Part shown: positions 10,249-20,923 of the stretch, one piece after another
Numbering within the stretch: position 1 is the first letter of the stretch
How the letters are laid out: each line of letters starts with the position of its first letter
Source of the DNA: Clostridia bacterium
Lineage (GTDB): Bacteria > Bacillota > Clostridia > Oscillospirales > CAG-272
DNA length: 64,000 bases
NCBI GenBank assembly: GCA_017416205.1
Contig: JAFQDC010000107.1
Span: forward strand, 11,345-75,344
Reading direction: 5' to 3'
The notes under the pieces: model-generated
What the model was told of the DNA's origin: nothing
What the model saw: the letters and a program-made list of their open reading frames with translations, nothing else
The model's database searches: none
Position numbers and translations under genes: made by a program

Positions 10249-12834
10249 ATGTCCGAAATCAATAAAAAGATTGAAAAGGGCAGTCCCGAGCAGATCGAGA
10301 AGCGTGAAAAGATCATCGCTATTCTCAAAAGGATCGGTAAGATAACGCTCAGAGTATTGTCCTATGTAATGAACGTAGTATTGACAATAATGCTTATCGG
10401 TGCTACCTGCGGTATAATCGTCGGTACAGTATTTTGTATATATATAGGTAATTACGTTGATCCTGAGCTTGAGTCTTCATTGTTTGCAACCGCAAGCTCC
10501 GATACTACAACTCGCCTTTACTATATGGATTATGAGGACGAAGAAGCCAGAATGAATGAGGACGGCACTCCCGTCGAAATCGAGGATCAGCGCCTTTACA
10601 GTACCGATAACAGTATTTGGGTATCGTATGAGCAGATGCCTGATGATCTTATTGATGCCTTTACGTCTGTTGAGGACCACAGATTCTTCCAGCATAACGG
10701 TGTTGACTGGTTTAGAACCGGACGCGCTGTTTTTGAGTATTTTTTTGGTAAGGGAGATTTTGGCGGATCCACTATTACTCAGCAGCTTGTAAAGAACCTT
10801 ACGGGTGATAATGAAAACTCTGTTCAGCGAAAGATTCAGGAAATATTCCGAGCACTGCATCTTGAAAAAGAGATGAGCAAGGAAGATATTCTTGAAATGT
10901 ATCTGAATATCGTTTTCCTTGGCAACAATTGCTACGGAGTTCAGGCTGCTGCCAACACTTATTTTGATAAGGACGTAAGCGAGCTTACTCTTGTTGAATG
11001 TGCATCTCTTGCGGCAATTGTAAAGAACCCTTCTCAGTACGAGCCCGTTTATCACGACGTATTCTTTAAAGAAAATGCTGAGGGAGAAATGGAAGAAGCA
11101 GGCAACCGTGCCCGCCGTCAGACCGTTCTTTATACTATGAATCTTCACGGTAAGATCACAGAAGCTGAGATGGATGATGCCTGGGACACAGAGCTTGTTA
11201 TTTCAGGTATGACCGATAATGAAGATAAGGATAACGAGAAGCGTGAAAACGTGAATTCATGGTATACAGACGCAGTTATCGAAGACGTTCAGAATGCACT
11301 TATTAAGGAATACGGTTACTCTGAGTATGTGGCAAGCCTTATGATCTATACAGGCGGTCTTCAGATATATACATGTATGGATCCCGAGGTTCAGGGAGTT
11401 ATTGATGAGGTTTATCAGAACGATGATAAGGAATCAGGTTATTTCCCTCATGCAACAGACGGCCTTCAGCCTGAATCCGCTATAGTTATCATAGATCCCT
11501 ATACAGGTGATGTGCTTGGACTTGCAGGTGGCCGCGGTGAAAAGACTCAGAGCAGAATCCTTAACCGTGCGACTCAGGCAAAGCGCCCCTGCGGATCAAG
11601 CATCAAGCCTATTTCCGTATACGCACCTGCAATAGATACCGGTATCGCTACTATGGGTAGCGTGTATGACGATGCACCCGTAACGACAGTTAATGACGGT
11701 ACAATGTGGCCTCATAATCTTCCTGATGTATACAATGGTTATACAACGGTACAGGATGCACTCAGAAGATCGGTAAATACCTGCGCTGTAAAGATAATCC
11801 GTGACGTAGGACTTGAGTATTCCTTTGACTTTATGAAGAATACTCTCAATATGAACAGCCTTATTGAATCATATACAACTGCAAGCGGATATACTGTCAG
11901 CGATATTGGCGAAGCCCCTCTTGCTCTTGGACAGTTCTCTTACGGTATTACACTTTGGGAGCTTACTGCAGCATACGGAATGTTCCCCAATGAGGGTATT
12001 TATTGTAAGTCCAGACTGTGGTATGAGGTTCGCGACAATGAAGGAAACGTTATCCTCAAGAATGAGCCTGAGTATGAAATGGCCATAAGTGAGGAAAGTG
12101 CCGGCATTATGACAAAAATGATGCAGAACGTTGTTTCCACAGGTACTGGTACGGCTATTACCGTTGATTCAATGATCGACGTTGCGGCAAAGACCGGTAC
12201 CACCACTGCTGACTTTGACAGAACCTTTATCGGTTTTACTCCTTATTACGTTGGCGGTTGCTGGTTTGGTTATGACATGAATCAGGCACTCTCCGATTTT
12301 GGAACAAGCCCCGCGCTTATCGTATGGGACAAGATAATGACTATCCTTCACGAAAAGATCGCGGCAAGGGCAGCAGCGAACGGCGAGACTGTAAAGACAT
12401 TCGAGTTTTCTGAGGATCTTATAGAAGTTACCTACTGTAAAGATTCAGGTATGCTTCTCGGAGATGCGTGTGCCCATGACCCCAGAGGCTCAAGAAGCGA
12501 AAAAGGATTCTTTACTGCTGAGACTGCTCCGTCTCAGACCTGTGATGTTCACGTTCTTGTGGATTATGATAAGGTTACCGGCGCTATTGCAACTGATAAG
12601 TGCCCCGAAGCTAATCTCAAAAAAGTCGCTCTTATTAAAAACGAAGGAAGATCATTTAACACTTATGTAAACATAACCGATGCACAGTATGTTTATAGAG
12701 AACTGGGTGATATTAATAAGTATCCTACTTATAACGGATATCCTTATTTTTACTATCTGATACCTGAAAAAGTATATGTTGGAAGGACAGGAACGGGTAG
12801 GCAGTTTAACTGTGCTTGTACGGAACACCAGTAA
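10249..12834 (+). CDS. class A penicillin-binding protein (transglycosylase/transpeptidase, PBP1A family)
   Basis: N-terminal TM anchor, GT51 motifs (EDHRFFQHNGVD, GGSTITQQL, RKIQE) and transpeptidase SxxK (GSSIKP) and KTGT motifs. I prefer the ATG at 10249, 5 nt after a GGAGG, over the TTG at 10207 listed in the ORF track. Confidence 0.9.
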   Translation: MSEINKKIEKGSPEQIEKREKIIAILKRIGKITLRVLSYVMNVVLTIMLIGATCGIIVGTVFCIYIGNYVDPELESSLFATASSDTTTRLYYMDYEDEEARMNEDGTPVEIEDQRLYSTDNSIWVSYEQMPDDLIDAFTSVEDHRFFQHNGVDWFRTGRAVFEYFFGKGDFGGSTITQQLVKNLTGDNENSVQRKIQEIFRALHLEKEMSKEDILEMYLNIVFLGNNCYGVQAAANTYFDKDVSELTLVECASLAAIVKNPSQYEPVYHDVFFKENAEGEMEEAGNRARRQTVLYTMNLHGKITEAEMDDAWDTELVISGMTDNEDKDNEKRENVNSWYTDAVIEDVQNALIKEYGYSEYVASLMIYTGGLQIYTCMDPEVQGVIDEVYQNDDKESGYFPHATDGLQPESAIVIIDPYTGDVLGLAGGRGEKTQSRILNRATQAKRPCGSSIKPISVYAPAIDTGIATMGSVYDDAPVTTVNDGTMWPHNLPDVYNGYTTVQDALRRSVNTCAVKIIRDVGLEYSFDFMKNTLNMNSLIESYTTASGYTVSDIGEAPLALGQFSYGITLWELTAAYGMFPNEGIYCKSRLWYEVRDNEGNVILKNEPEYEMAISEESAGIMTKMMQNVVSTGTGTAITVDSMIDVAAKTGTTTADFDRTFIGFTPYYVGGCWFGYDMNQALSDFGTSPALIVWDKIMTILHEKIAARAAANGETVKTFEFSEDLIEVTYCKDSGMLLGDACAHDPRGSRSEKGFFTAETAPSQTCDVHVLVDYDKVTGAIATDKCPEANLKKVALIKNEGRSFNTYVNITDAQYVYRELGDINKYPTYNGYPYFYYLIPEKVYVGRTGTGRQFNCACTEHQ

Positions 12835-12849
12835 TAAGAATAATTATAA

Positions 12850-12884
12850 AAATCACCTCATATGTAATTATGAGGTGATTTTTT
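12850..12884 (+). terminator. Rho-independent terminator after the PBP gene
   Basis: Stem AATCACCTCAT / ATGAGGTGATT followed by a T-run. Confidence 0.75.
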
Positions 12885-13400
12885 ATGTTTAGAAGAGTCA
12901 GGCAATACATTTGTATGTTACCAAATAGAATTGGCAGAAAAGATTTTGTGTTTGTTCTGATACCTGCAGTTGTTTTTATAGCATCGTTGATAGTCAGGTT
13001 ATCTACCGGTGGGACGTATCTTATTTACAGTGCACTTGATTCTAAAGGGATATTTCCCGACAATGTGAGCTATACCATTTTATATGCTGTAAGAACTGTG
13101 CTTCTTGGTCTGATAGCGGCATATTTACTATGCTTTTGCAGAGAACAGCGGGGTTACTTGAACACAATTTTGCCTTTGACAATTGCATGCGTGATGTTTG
13201 TTCTTGAATACAGAATGATATTTGGTGGTGTAAGCCTTATATTGAGCATTGTGTTTTCTTTAGCAGTACCAATACTTACGCTATTATCTATTATCAGAAC
13301 ATATATAATAAAACTTTGGATCTTTGTTTTATGGATAATATTTGCAGTATTACAAGCAGTTCTGTTTGTTCAGTTAATATCACTGTCAATGTACATATGA
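12885..13400 (+). CDS. hypothetical polytopic membrane protein
   Basis: 171 aa with about five hydrophobic helices and no recognisable motif. Starts immediately after the terminator T-run. Confidence 0.45.
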   Translation: MFRRVRQYICMLPNRIGRKDFVFVLIPAVVFIASLIVRLSTGGTYLIYSALDSKGIFPDNVSYTILYAVRTVLLGLIAAYLLCFCREQRGYLNTILPLTIACVMFVLEYRMIFGGVSLILSIVFSLAVPILTLLSIIRTYIIKLWIFVLWIIFAVLQAVLFVQLISLSMYI

Positions 13401-13427
13401 TAATTTGTAACAATATTTTTAATTATC

Positions 13428-13456
13428 TTGACAAAAGGGGAAAGGAAGAGTATACT
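13428..13456 (+). promoter_or_regulatory. sigma-A type promoter
   Basis: TTGACA, 17 nt, TATACT, located about 30 nt upstream of the 13487 ORF. Confidence 0.6.
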
Positions 13457-13486
13457 TATTGTAGTAATTTATGGAGGTATTGACCA

Positions 13487-14053
13487 ATGAACAAAATTAA
13501 GATTCTTTGCCTTTTTCTTGCTGTAATTCTCGTACTTCCCGTTATGGCTTCCTGCACAGGTAGCAAGATAACTTCTACAGTTACTCTTACTTTCCGTGTT
13601 CCTACTGAGGAAGTTGATGAGGACGGCAACGTTAAGTACGATGTTAAGTTTACTGATAAGATCACAGTTGAAGGAACATCAAACAATAAGCCTAATGTTC
13701 TTCAGGCTGTGCAGTTGGCTTTTGCTGAGTACGAGATCGACTATGAGCTTTCAAAGGATGGCACCTATATTGCAAGTGCATTCGGTTTGATGGAGCAGGA
13801 AAGAACTGACGCTGAAAAGGGTTACTTCGATTTCTGGGAGTGCAAAATCAACGGACAGCTTTCTGACGCAGGTCGTCAGAGTGTAACAGAGATCTATGAG
13901 AATGACGAGATCGTCTTCACATGGACATCTGACTACAAGACCAGACAGGATACAGCTGCAGTTCAGACAACTGACCCCAACGCTGATACAACAGGTATCG
14001 TTCATAGCGATGACACAACAGTTCCTGTTGACTCCGCAGAAGAGGTTGCTTAA
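13487..14053 (+). CDS. lipoprotein with a DUF4430-like domain
   Basis: 188 aa. Signal peptide with lipobox (VMASC). The middle region (FDFWECKINGQLSDAG....YENDEIVFTW) resembles the DUF4430 fold family. Confidence 0.55.
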   Translation: MNKIKILCLFLAVILVLPVMASCTGSKITSTVTLTFRVPTEEVDEDGNVKYDVKFTDKITVEGTSNNKPNVLQAVQLAFAEYEIDYELSKDGTYIASAFGLMEQERTDAEKGYFDFWECKINGQLSDAGRQSVTEIYENDEIVFTWTSDYKTRQDTAAVQTTDPNADTTGIVHSDDTTVPVDSAEEVA

Positions 14054-14070
14054 TTCAATATTCAAAAATT

Positions 14071-14102
14071 AAGAAGCAGACGTTATGTCTGCTTCTTTTT
14101 TT
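14071..14102 (+). terminator. Rho-independent terminator
   Basis: AAGAAGCAGAC gtta GTCTGCTTCTT followed by a T-run. Confidence 0.8.
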
Positions 14103-14163
14103 GCATATTTTAGTACTCCTAGAATATAATGTTATGACCAATATTATGGAGGATATAACGATT

Positions 14164-15672
14164 ATGAATTCAAGGGAAATATACAAGGATATTGCAGCCC
14201 GTACCGGTGGAGATATCTATATTGGAGTGGTGGGGCCTGTAAGAAGCGGAAAATCTACTTTTATAAAGAGATTTATGGAAACTGCGGTAATACCCAACAT
14301 TAAAGGGGAGTACGAAAAGAAACGGGCATCTGATGAGCTGCCTCAAAGCGCCGACGGCAAAACTGTTATGACTGCTGAACCTAAATTCGTTCCTGATGAA
14401 GCCGTTACTGTAACATTTTCCGAGGGAAGTAATATAAAAATGCGTATGGTAGATTGCGTAGGCTATATTATTCCCGGAGTGCTTGGCACAACTGAGGAAG
14501 GTGTGGATAGAATGATCAAAACTCCTTGGTCTGATGAACCAATGAGCTTTGAGGCAGCAGCAGAGCAGGGAACACTTAAGGTTATGCGTGATCATTCAAC
14601 TGTGGGGATAATCGTGACAAGCGACGGAACAATTGGAGAAATTGATAGAGAAAGCTACGTAGAGGCAGAAGAACGTATTGTAAATGAGCTCAAGGAAATC
14701 GGAAAGCCTTTTGTACTGGTTCTGAATTCAAGCAGACCAGACTCGTCTGCGTCTGAGGAGCTGGCACTGAAGCTTGAGAAAAAGTATTCGTGTCCTGTAG
14801 CTTTGCTTAATTGTCTTGAGCTTGATACCGACGACATTGAAGGAATTATTGAAATGCTTTTATATGAGTTTCCAGTTGCAGAAATTGATGTAAGTCTGCC
14901 GCAATGGCTGTCTGCCTTACCTGATAGTCACGAGCTGTCTGATACTGTACTTAAATGTATAAGATCTGCCGCATATAATATTAAGCATCTAAGCGATATG
15001 CGCAAATTCGTGTCATCTCTCGAAGCGGAATTGAAAGACAGCATCAGTAATCTTCCCTCAGAATATACTGTCCCTGTCAGTGTTAAGTCTTCTGATCTTT
15101 CTTCAGGAATAGCTTCTGTAGAGATAAAGCTTCCTGAATCAATTTATTATAATATTATAAACGATCTTACAGGGCTCAGCATATCAGGACGGGGAGAACT
15201 TATAACAGCACTTATGGAACTGAGTAAGATCAGAAGAGAATATGAAAAATACAGTGAAGCGATGGCGCAGCTTGAGGAGCGAGGATACGGTATTGTAATG
15301 CCAAAAATATCAGATCTTGAGCTTTGCGAGCCGGAGGTTATCAAGAGCTCAGGCTCATATGGAGTTAAGATAAGAGCGACTGCTGATAGTATTCATATGA
15401 TCAAAGCTAATATTGAAACTGAAATAAATCCAATAGTAGGCACACAGGATCAGGCAGAGGAGATTATTCAGCGGCTTGTTAATGAATATGAAGAGGAGCC
15501 CGCCAAAATATGGGAATCAAATATATTTGGAAAAAGCTTATACGAGCTTGTAAACGACGGACTCGATGCAAAAATAAATCATCTGTCGGAAGAATCGAGA
15601 GAAAAGCTGTCGGAGACGCTTTCAAGAATAATAAATGAAAGCTCAAATGGTTTGATTTGTATTCTTTTATAA
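14164..15672 (+). CDS. spoIVA: stage IV sporulation protein A (spore coat morphogenetic ATPase)
   Basis: Walker A GPVRSGKST near the N-terminus (IYIGVVGPVRSGKSTFIKRFME), with length and sequence typical of SpoIVA. I prefer the ATG at 14164, preceded by GGAGG, over the upstream TTG at 14101. Confidence 0.9.
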   Translation: MNSREIYKDIAARTGGDIYIGVVGPVRSGKSTFIKRFMETAVIPNIKGEYEKKRASDELPQSADGKTVMTAEPKFVPDEAVTVTFSEGSNIKMRMVDCVGYIIPGVLGTTEEGVDRMIKTPWSDEPMSFEAAAEQGTLKVMRDHSTVGIIVTSDGTIGEIDRESYVEAEERIVNELKEIGKPFVLVLNSSRPDSSASEELALKLEKKYSCPVALLNCLELDTDDIEGIIEMLLYEFPVAEIDVSLPQWLSALPDSHELSDTVLKCIRSAAYNIKHLSDMRKFVSSLEAELKDSISNLPSEYTVPVSVKSSDLSSGIASVEIKLPESIYYNIINDLTGLSISGRGELITALMELSKIRREYEKYSEAMAQLEERGYGIVMPKISDLELCEPEVIKSSGSYGVKIRATADSIHMIKANIETEINPIVGTQDQAEEIIQRLVNEYEEEPAKIWESNIFGKSLYELVNDGLDAKINHLSEESREKLSETLSRIINESSNGLICILL

Positions 15673-15677
15673 ATAAC

Positions 15678-15706
15678 AAAAAAAGTCTCGATTACGAGAC
15701 TTTTTT
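15678..15706. terminator. bidirectional terminator between convergent genes
   Basis: A-run, AGTCTCG atta CGAGACT, T-run. Confidence 0.75.
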
Positions 15707-15707
15707 G

Positions 15708-16070
15708 TTATTCGTTTATAAACCGTTCGATTGCAGAGATAGACTCATCACTGATTACATGCTCCATTTTGCAGGCATCCTCAGATGCAGTATCATTAGA
15801 TACGCCAAGTGATATAAGAAACTTTGTCAAAAGGTTATGTCGATTGTATATTTTTTCCGCTAGTTCACGTCCTTCTTCAGTCAGAAAAAGATAACCGTCA
15901 TGATCAGATACAACATAACCTCCGTTTTTCAAAAGACCGATAGCGCGGCTGACGCTGGGCTTTGAGTATCCCATATATTCTCCAACATCAACAGAACGCA
16001 CAAATTGATTTTTCTTTGAGAGAATAAGTATGGTTTCAAGATACATCTCTCCAGATTCCTGTATGTGCAT
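15708..16070 (-). CDS. DtxR/MntR-family metal-dependent transcriptional regulator
   Basis: 120 aa. N-terminal wHTH (ESGEMYLETI...YSKPSVSRAIGLLKNGGYV) and a dimerisation helix region (HNLLTKFL). Confidence 0.8.
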   Translation of the reverse strand: MHIQESGEMYLETILILSKKNQFVRSVDVGEYMGYSKPSVSRAIGLLKNGGYVVSDHDGYLFLTEEGRELAEKIYNRHNLLTKFLISLGVSNDTASEDACKMEHVISDESISAIERFINE

Positions 16071-16166
16071 AATTACCTCATTGCATTGATTTTCTATAGT
16101 TTATCATACTTTTATGTTATTTTCAAGGGAGAAATAGCAACATATTGTAAATAAATAATTATGTTA

Positions 16167-16727
16167 TCATATAAACAATGGACGTGACTGCCTGTCGTTC
16201 ATTGCGTCTGTAAATGAGGATGTAAGTCGCGAAAAGTCTGCAACAAGGGAATGAGGCTTTTTCAGAATGTCGTCCTGCCTCATTGGGACGAAATAAATAT
16301 TTTTGCGGTTCAGCAGAGTTCCTATATTACATAGATTTGCGGACATTGCATCATTTGATGCAAGAGCTATAAGAAGTTTACGGTTTTGTCTTAGGTGAGC
16401 TTTGGCACTCATCGTTACGGCGGTATCGGTTATTCCATGGGCGATCTTTGCAAGCGTATTTCCCGTGCATGGGGCGATAACAAGCATTTCCAAAGGTCGC
16501 GCCGGTCCGAATGGTTCTGCATCCTTTATCGTATGTATTACTTTGTTATGGCATAGGTCTTCAAGCTCGCAAATAAGATCATGTGCTTTTCCGAATCTTG
16601 TGTCCGTATTATAAACGTTTTCGCTCATGATCGGAACAATTTCAGGTTCTGTTTTTATTAATTCTTTAAGGGTTTCAATTGAAGCCTTATGTGTACAGAA
16701 AGAGCCAGTAAGTGCATATCCGATCAT
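16167..16727 (-). CDS. dpaB: dipicolinate synthase subunit B
   Basis: 186-aa flavoprotein-like protein (GYALTGSFCT...). Its start overlaps the stop of the upstream DpaA-like gene by 1 nt. Confidence 0.85.
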   Translation of the reverse strand: MIGYALTGSFCTHKASIETLKELIKTEPEIVPIMSENVYNTDTRFGKAHDLICELEDLCHNKVIHTIKDAEPFGPARPLEMLVIAPCTGNTLAKIAHGITDTAVTMSAKAHLRQNRKLLIALASNDAMSANLCNIGTLLNRKNIYFVPMRQDDILKKPHSLVADFSRLTSSFTDAMNDRQSRPLFI

Positions 16728-17584
16728 TAGTTTAATCCTCCTATTGAATCCATTATATAAGTTATGGTTTTATATATTATCATTCCTGATGTATCAGGAA
16801 AATATCTTCCGGGAAGTGATAATGCGCTTATATATCTTTCGTTCAGCGATTTTTTCGCATCTTCACTAAGTCCACCCGGCGAAGATGCAAGCTCAATATA
16901 CTTCTTACAGCTCCAATATTTGATCTGATTATCGTTCAAAATATTGGTAGGGACCGTGTTAAAACAGATATCACAGGTTACTGGGGAGTTACAGAACTCT
17001 TTCATAGACACCACATTGTAGCCTTCGCACTCTGCGAGTACCAATGACTTTTCGCTTCTTGAAACTACGGTAACGCTTCCTCCAAGAGATTTCAGATTCT
17101 TAGACAAGAGCTTTCCTATTCGTCCATAACCAATAACTACGTAATGGGAGTTGTGTACTGTATTTTCCGAGCTTTCCATAGTAATAAGTATTGCGCCTTC
17201 AGCAGTGGGAATAGCGTTATACATATTGAATCTTTCGTTCTCTCCGTAATCAAATAGCTTGTGTCCGTATTCTTTCGCAATATGCCTGTGCAGATCCGAT
17301 AATTTGGCACCAAATATAATACTACTGCATGGAAGCGATGAAAACAGTGCTTCCGCACTCAGATCATCAGTTCCGTTAAGTATTCCGTTTTTATCAAAAG
17401 ACGGTATAGGAAGAACAACAATATCAGTTCTTACGGTTTCTGAAAGAGCATTGATTATTTTAGATGTTTTCGGAACTGCCGATGTATTACGATATATGTA
17501 ACTTTCAAATTTATCTGACAGCATATCTGCGAGTATCACCATTCTCCTGTCGCCGCCGATCACAAGTGATGATTTTCTTTTCAT
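16727..17584 (-). CDS. dpaA: dipicolinate synthase subunit A
   Basis: 285 aa. Rossmann motif VVIGYGRIGK and pairing with dpaB. Confidence 0.85.
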   Translation of the reverse strand: MKRKSSLVIGGDRRMVILADMLSDKFESYIYRNTSAVPKTSKIINALSETVRTDIVVLPIPSFDKNGILNGTDDLSAEALFSSLPCSSIIFGAKLSDLHRHIAKEYGHKLFDYGENERFNMYNAIPTAEGAILITMESSENTVHNSHYVVIGYGRIGKLLSKNLKSLGGSVTVVSRSEKSLVLAECEGYNVVSMKEFCNSPVTCDICFNTVPTNILNDNQIKYWSCKKYIELASSPGGLSEDAKKSLNERYISALSLPGRYFPDTSGMIIYKTITYIMDSIGGLN

Positions 17585-17708
17585 ATCATATCTCCTAAAT
17601 AGTGTTTATGTTAATAATATATGCAATTCAACAGATATTGATATATTCTACACATATGTACATTAACCGTTTCATATACTGTACTACTTCAGTTATGTGA
17701 GGGAGTGT

Positions 17709-18017
17709 ATGTCACAAAGATACCAAAGTGATCATTTTAAAAGCGAATTTATAGCAAAGGAAAGAAGCATCATATTAGGTGAATATATAAAAGAAACGGG
17801 TGCTACAGTGCGTGAAACGGCAAAAGAATACGGGATAAGCAAATCCACGGTACATAAGGATGTAACTGAGAGATTGTTCTCTGTGAACAAGGGGTTATAC
17901 GAAGACGTAAAATCAGTTCTCATGAAGAATAAAGCGGAAAGACATATACGTGGCGGGAATGCTACAAAAGAAAAATACAGAGAAATAAGAACGGTAAAAG
18001 AAAAAAAGGTCCGATAG
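17709..18017 (+). CDS. spoIIID: sporulation transcriptional regulator SpoIIID
   Basis: HTH region TVRETAKEYGISKSTVHKDVTERL followed by RHIRGGNATKEKY, as in SpoIIID. The start is ambiguous between ATG 17709 and GTG 17697. Confidence 0.85.
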   Translation: MSQRYQSDHFKSEFIAKERSIILGEYIKETGATVRETAKEYGISKSTVHKDVTERLFSVNKGLYEDVKSVLMKNKAERHIRGGNATKEKYREIRTVKEKKVR

Positions 18018-18029
18018 GACCTTTTTTCT

Positions 18030-19538
18030 TTACCCAAGAAGCGCAAGGAGCTTATAGTTCTCCTTGAGAGCAGGGTATATAGATTTGTATATTTCGTAGT
18101 ATTTTTCATACTGAGCATTGGCTTCAGGATCGTATGAAAGCCTTGACTTATCACGTACAGCGATTCTGCAGCCTTCCTCAACTGATGAATAAATACCTGC
18201 TGCGCATCCGCCGAGAATCGCAGCTCCTAGAGCAGGACCCTCATCAGACTCCATCGTTTTTACGTTGATTCCGAAAGAATCTGAAAGGATCTTTCTCCAA
18301 AGAGGACTCTTGGCACCGCCGCCGCAAAGTGCCATATCGTCAGTTTCAACACCCATTTCGCGAAGAACGCTGAGACAGTCGCAAAGGGAATAAGCAACTC
18401 CTTCAAGGACTGCTCTTGCCATATGCGCCTTTGTATGTATTGCAGAAAGACCGAAGAAAACACCGCGCGCGTTTGTATCCAGAACAGGTGTACGCTCTCC
18501 CATAAGATAAGGAAGATATAGAAGTCTGTCAGCTCCGATACTGATCTTTTCAGCTTCTGCGTCAATTTCCTTGTAGGAAAGATTCTCGGCAATATTATGC
18601 TTGAACCAGTTAAGAGAAAGTCCTGCAGCCTGTGTAACACCCATTACGTGCCACTGACCGGGAACAGCTGTACAGAAGGTATGAACACGTCCTGCCTTGT
18701 CAATAACGGGGGATTCCATATGTGCAAATACTACGCCGCTTGTTCCTACGGTAGTGAAAGCTTTTCCGCATTCAACAACGCCGGTACCTACAGCCGCTGC
18801 TGCATTATCTCCGGCACCGCCCGCTACGGGAATGCCTACGGGAAGACCGGTGAGAGAAGCCGCATCCTCAGTAATATGACCTGTGACATCGGGACTCTCA
18901 TATACCTTTGCGAGAAGGGATTTATCAATTCCGAGCTTTTCAAGAACCTCATCGCTCCAGCATCTGCCCGGAATATCAAGAAGCTGCATACCTGAAGCAT
19001 CGGAAACTTCGGTTGCAAATTCCCCTGTGAGCATATATCTGATATAGTCCTTTGGAAGAAGTATGTGAGCACATTTTGCATAATTCTCAGGCTCGTGATT
19101 CTTTACCCACATAATTTTTGATGCCGTAAATCCTGCAAGAGCAGGGTTTGCTGTTATCTCAATAAGCCTGTCGTGTCCTACAAGCTCTTCGATCTGCTTA
19201 CATTCCTCTGCAGTTCTTGAATCACACCAAATGATCGAACGACGGATAACGTTGCAATCAGAGTCAAGCATTACGAGACCGTGCATCTGTCCGGAAAGTC
19301 CGATACCGGCAATGTCTCCGTCAACTGCTGCGGGACAGATTTCCCTGAGTGTTTTGCAAACTGCATTCCACCAATCAGCAGGTTCCTGTTCAGCCCAACC
19401 ATTTTGAGGCTGATAAAGAGGGTATTCTGCAGTTGCTGATGCAATAACGTTTCCTTCAGTATCAAAAAGGGCGCTTTTTGTACCTGAAGTACCGATGTCA
19501 ATGCCTATTAAATACTTTTTATTCACAGCAGACCTCAT
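18030..19538 (-). CDS. xylB: xylulokinase
   Basis: 502-aa FGGY kinase (IGIDIGTSGTK..., GGGAKSPLW). Overlaps the xylA stop by 1 nt. Confidence 0.9.
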   Translation of the reverse strand: MRSAVNKKYLIGIDIGTSGTKSALFDTEGNVIASATAEYPLYQPQNGWAEQEPADWWNAVCKTLREICPAAVDGDIAGIGLSGQMHGLVMLDSDCNVIRRSIIWCDSRTAEECKQIEELVGHDRLIEITANPALAGFTASKIMWVKNHEPENYAKCAHILLPKDYIRYMLTGEFATEVSDASGMQLLDIPGRCWSDEVLEKLGIDKSLLAKVYESPDVTGHITEDAASLTGLPVGIPVAGGAGDNAAAAVGTGVVECGKAFTTVGTSGVVFAHMESPVIDKAGRVHTFCTAVPGQWHVMGVTQAAGLSLNWFKHNIAENLSYKEIDAEAEKISIGADRLLYLPYLMGERTPVLDTNARGVFFGLSAIHTKAHMARAVLEGVAYSLCDCLSVLREMGVETDDMALCGGGAKSPLWRKILSDSFGINVKTMESDEGPALGAAILGGCAAGIYSSVEEGCRIAVRDKSRLSYDPEANAQYEKYYEIYKSIYPALKENYKLLALLG

Positions 19539-20851
19539 TAACCGAAGATCACAGAGTTTACAACGCTCTCAAGGTATTCCTGTCTGCCGCTTCCGGGCTT
19601 TACGTCATCCTCAAGAGAGAGTGCGTACTCGCTGAGTGATTCAAGAGTAGCTGTGCCGTTAATAATATCAAGACCAATGCCGGAATTATAAGAAGAATAT
19701 CTTTCTTCAACGAAGGCATCGATTCTTCCGTCTTCAATGAGCTTGATTGCGTTTCTGAGACCAAGTGCAAATGCATCCATACCTGCAATGTGAGCAAGGA
19801 ATATATCCTCGATGGTGTTGGAGCCACGACGGGTCTTTGCGTCAAAGTTAAGACCGCCGTTTACAAGGCCGCCTGCCTTTACGATCTCGTACATTGCGTA
19901 TGTAGTATCATAAACGTTTGTGGGGAACTGGTCTGTATCCCAACCGAGGTGGTTATCACCCTGATTTGCGTCAACAGAGCCGAGGATACCGTTATCGCGA
20001 CAGATACGAAGCTCGTGCTCAAAGGTGTGGCCCGCAAGAGTGGCGTGGTTTGCTTCGATGTTAAGCTTGAAATCCTTAAGAAGATCGTACTTGTGGAGGA
20101 AACCGAGAACTGTAGCCGCATCAAAATCGTACTGATGCTTTGTAGGCTCCTTAGGCTTAGGCTCAATGAAGAAGTCGCCGGTGAAGCCCTTAGAGCGAGC
20201 ATATGCTACAGCCATCTTGAGAAGGCGTGCGTAGTTATCAATCTCAAATCCTATCTTTGTATTGAGGAGAGTCTCATAACCCTCACGGCCACCCCAGAAT
20301 ACGTAGCCCGAGCCACCGAGCTCGATTGTGATATCAATAGCCTTCTTTACCTGCGCTGCAGCATATGCAAATGCGTCAGCGTAAGGGCTTGTTGCGGCAC
20401 CGTGCATATAACGTGCTCTTGAGAAGCAGTTTGCAGTGCCCCAAAGAAGCTTAATGCCGTACTTTGTCATCTGCTCCTTGATAATGGGAACGATAACGTC
20501 AAGATTCTTCTGGAATTCACAAAGATTTGCGCCCTCGGGAGCAATATCTCTGTCATGGAAGCAGAAGTACTCGATACCAAGCTTATGCATCATTTCAAAG
20601 CCTGCGTATACCTTCTGCTTGTATATCTCCATAGGATCATTACCGCCAAAGGACTTATCAATTGTGCCTATACCGAACATATCGGTTCCGTCAGCGCAAA
20701 GAGTATGCCAGTAGCACATAGAAAACTTAAGATGCTCAGCCATAGTCTTGCCTGCAATTACTTCATCCTTGTTATAATACTTAAATGCAAGGGGATTCTT
20801 GGATTCAGGACCCTCATAGTTAATTACGGGAATGTTGAAAAGTTCGCTCAT
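19538..20851 (-). CDS. xylA: xylose isomerase
   Basis: 437 aa with the characteristic [31 protein letters not shown] and WDTDQFP motifs. Confidence 0.95.
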   Translation of the reverse strand: MSELFNIPVINYEGPESKNPLAFKYYNKDEVIAGKTMAEHLKFSMCYWHTLCADGTDMFGIGTIDKSFGGNDPMEIYKQKVYAGFEMMHKLGIEYFCFHDRDIAPEGANLCEFQKNLDVIVPIIKEQMTKYGIKLLWGTANCFSRARYMHGAATSPYADAFAYAAAQVKKAIDITIELGGSGYVFWGGREGYETLLNTKIGFEIDNYARLLKMAVAYARSKGFTGDFFIEPKPKEPTKHQYDFDAATVLGFLHKYDLLKDFKLNIEANHATLAGHTFEHELRICRDNGILGSVDANQGDNHLGWDTDQFPTNVYDTTYAMYEIVKAGGLVNGGLNFDAKTRRGSNTIEDIFLAHIAGMDAFALGLRNAIKLIEDGRIDAFVEERYSSYNSGIGLDIINGTATLESLSEYALSLEDDVKPGSGRQEYLESVVNSVIFG

Positions 20852-20923
20852 AATAGTATCCTTTCAAAATATTTATTGTAATTATTGTAACATAGATACC
20901 GGTTGATTTCAACAGAAATTTAT

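Noticed and set aside
17585-17696. Sporulation sigma-factor promoters (sigma-K for dpaAB, sigma-E for spoIIID) in the divergent intergenic region.
   Set aside because: CATA-type -10 elements are present (for example CATATATTA and CATATACT), but I could not pair them with convincing -35 elements at the correct spacing. They are too uncertain to annotate.
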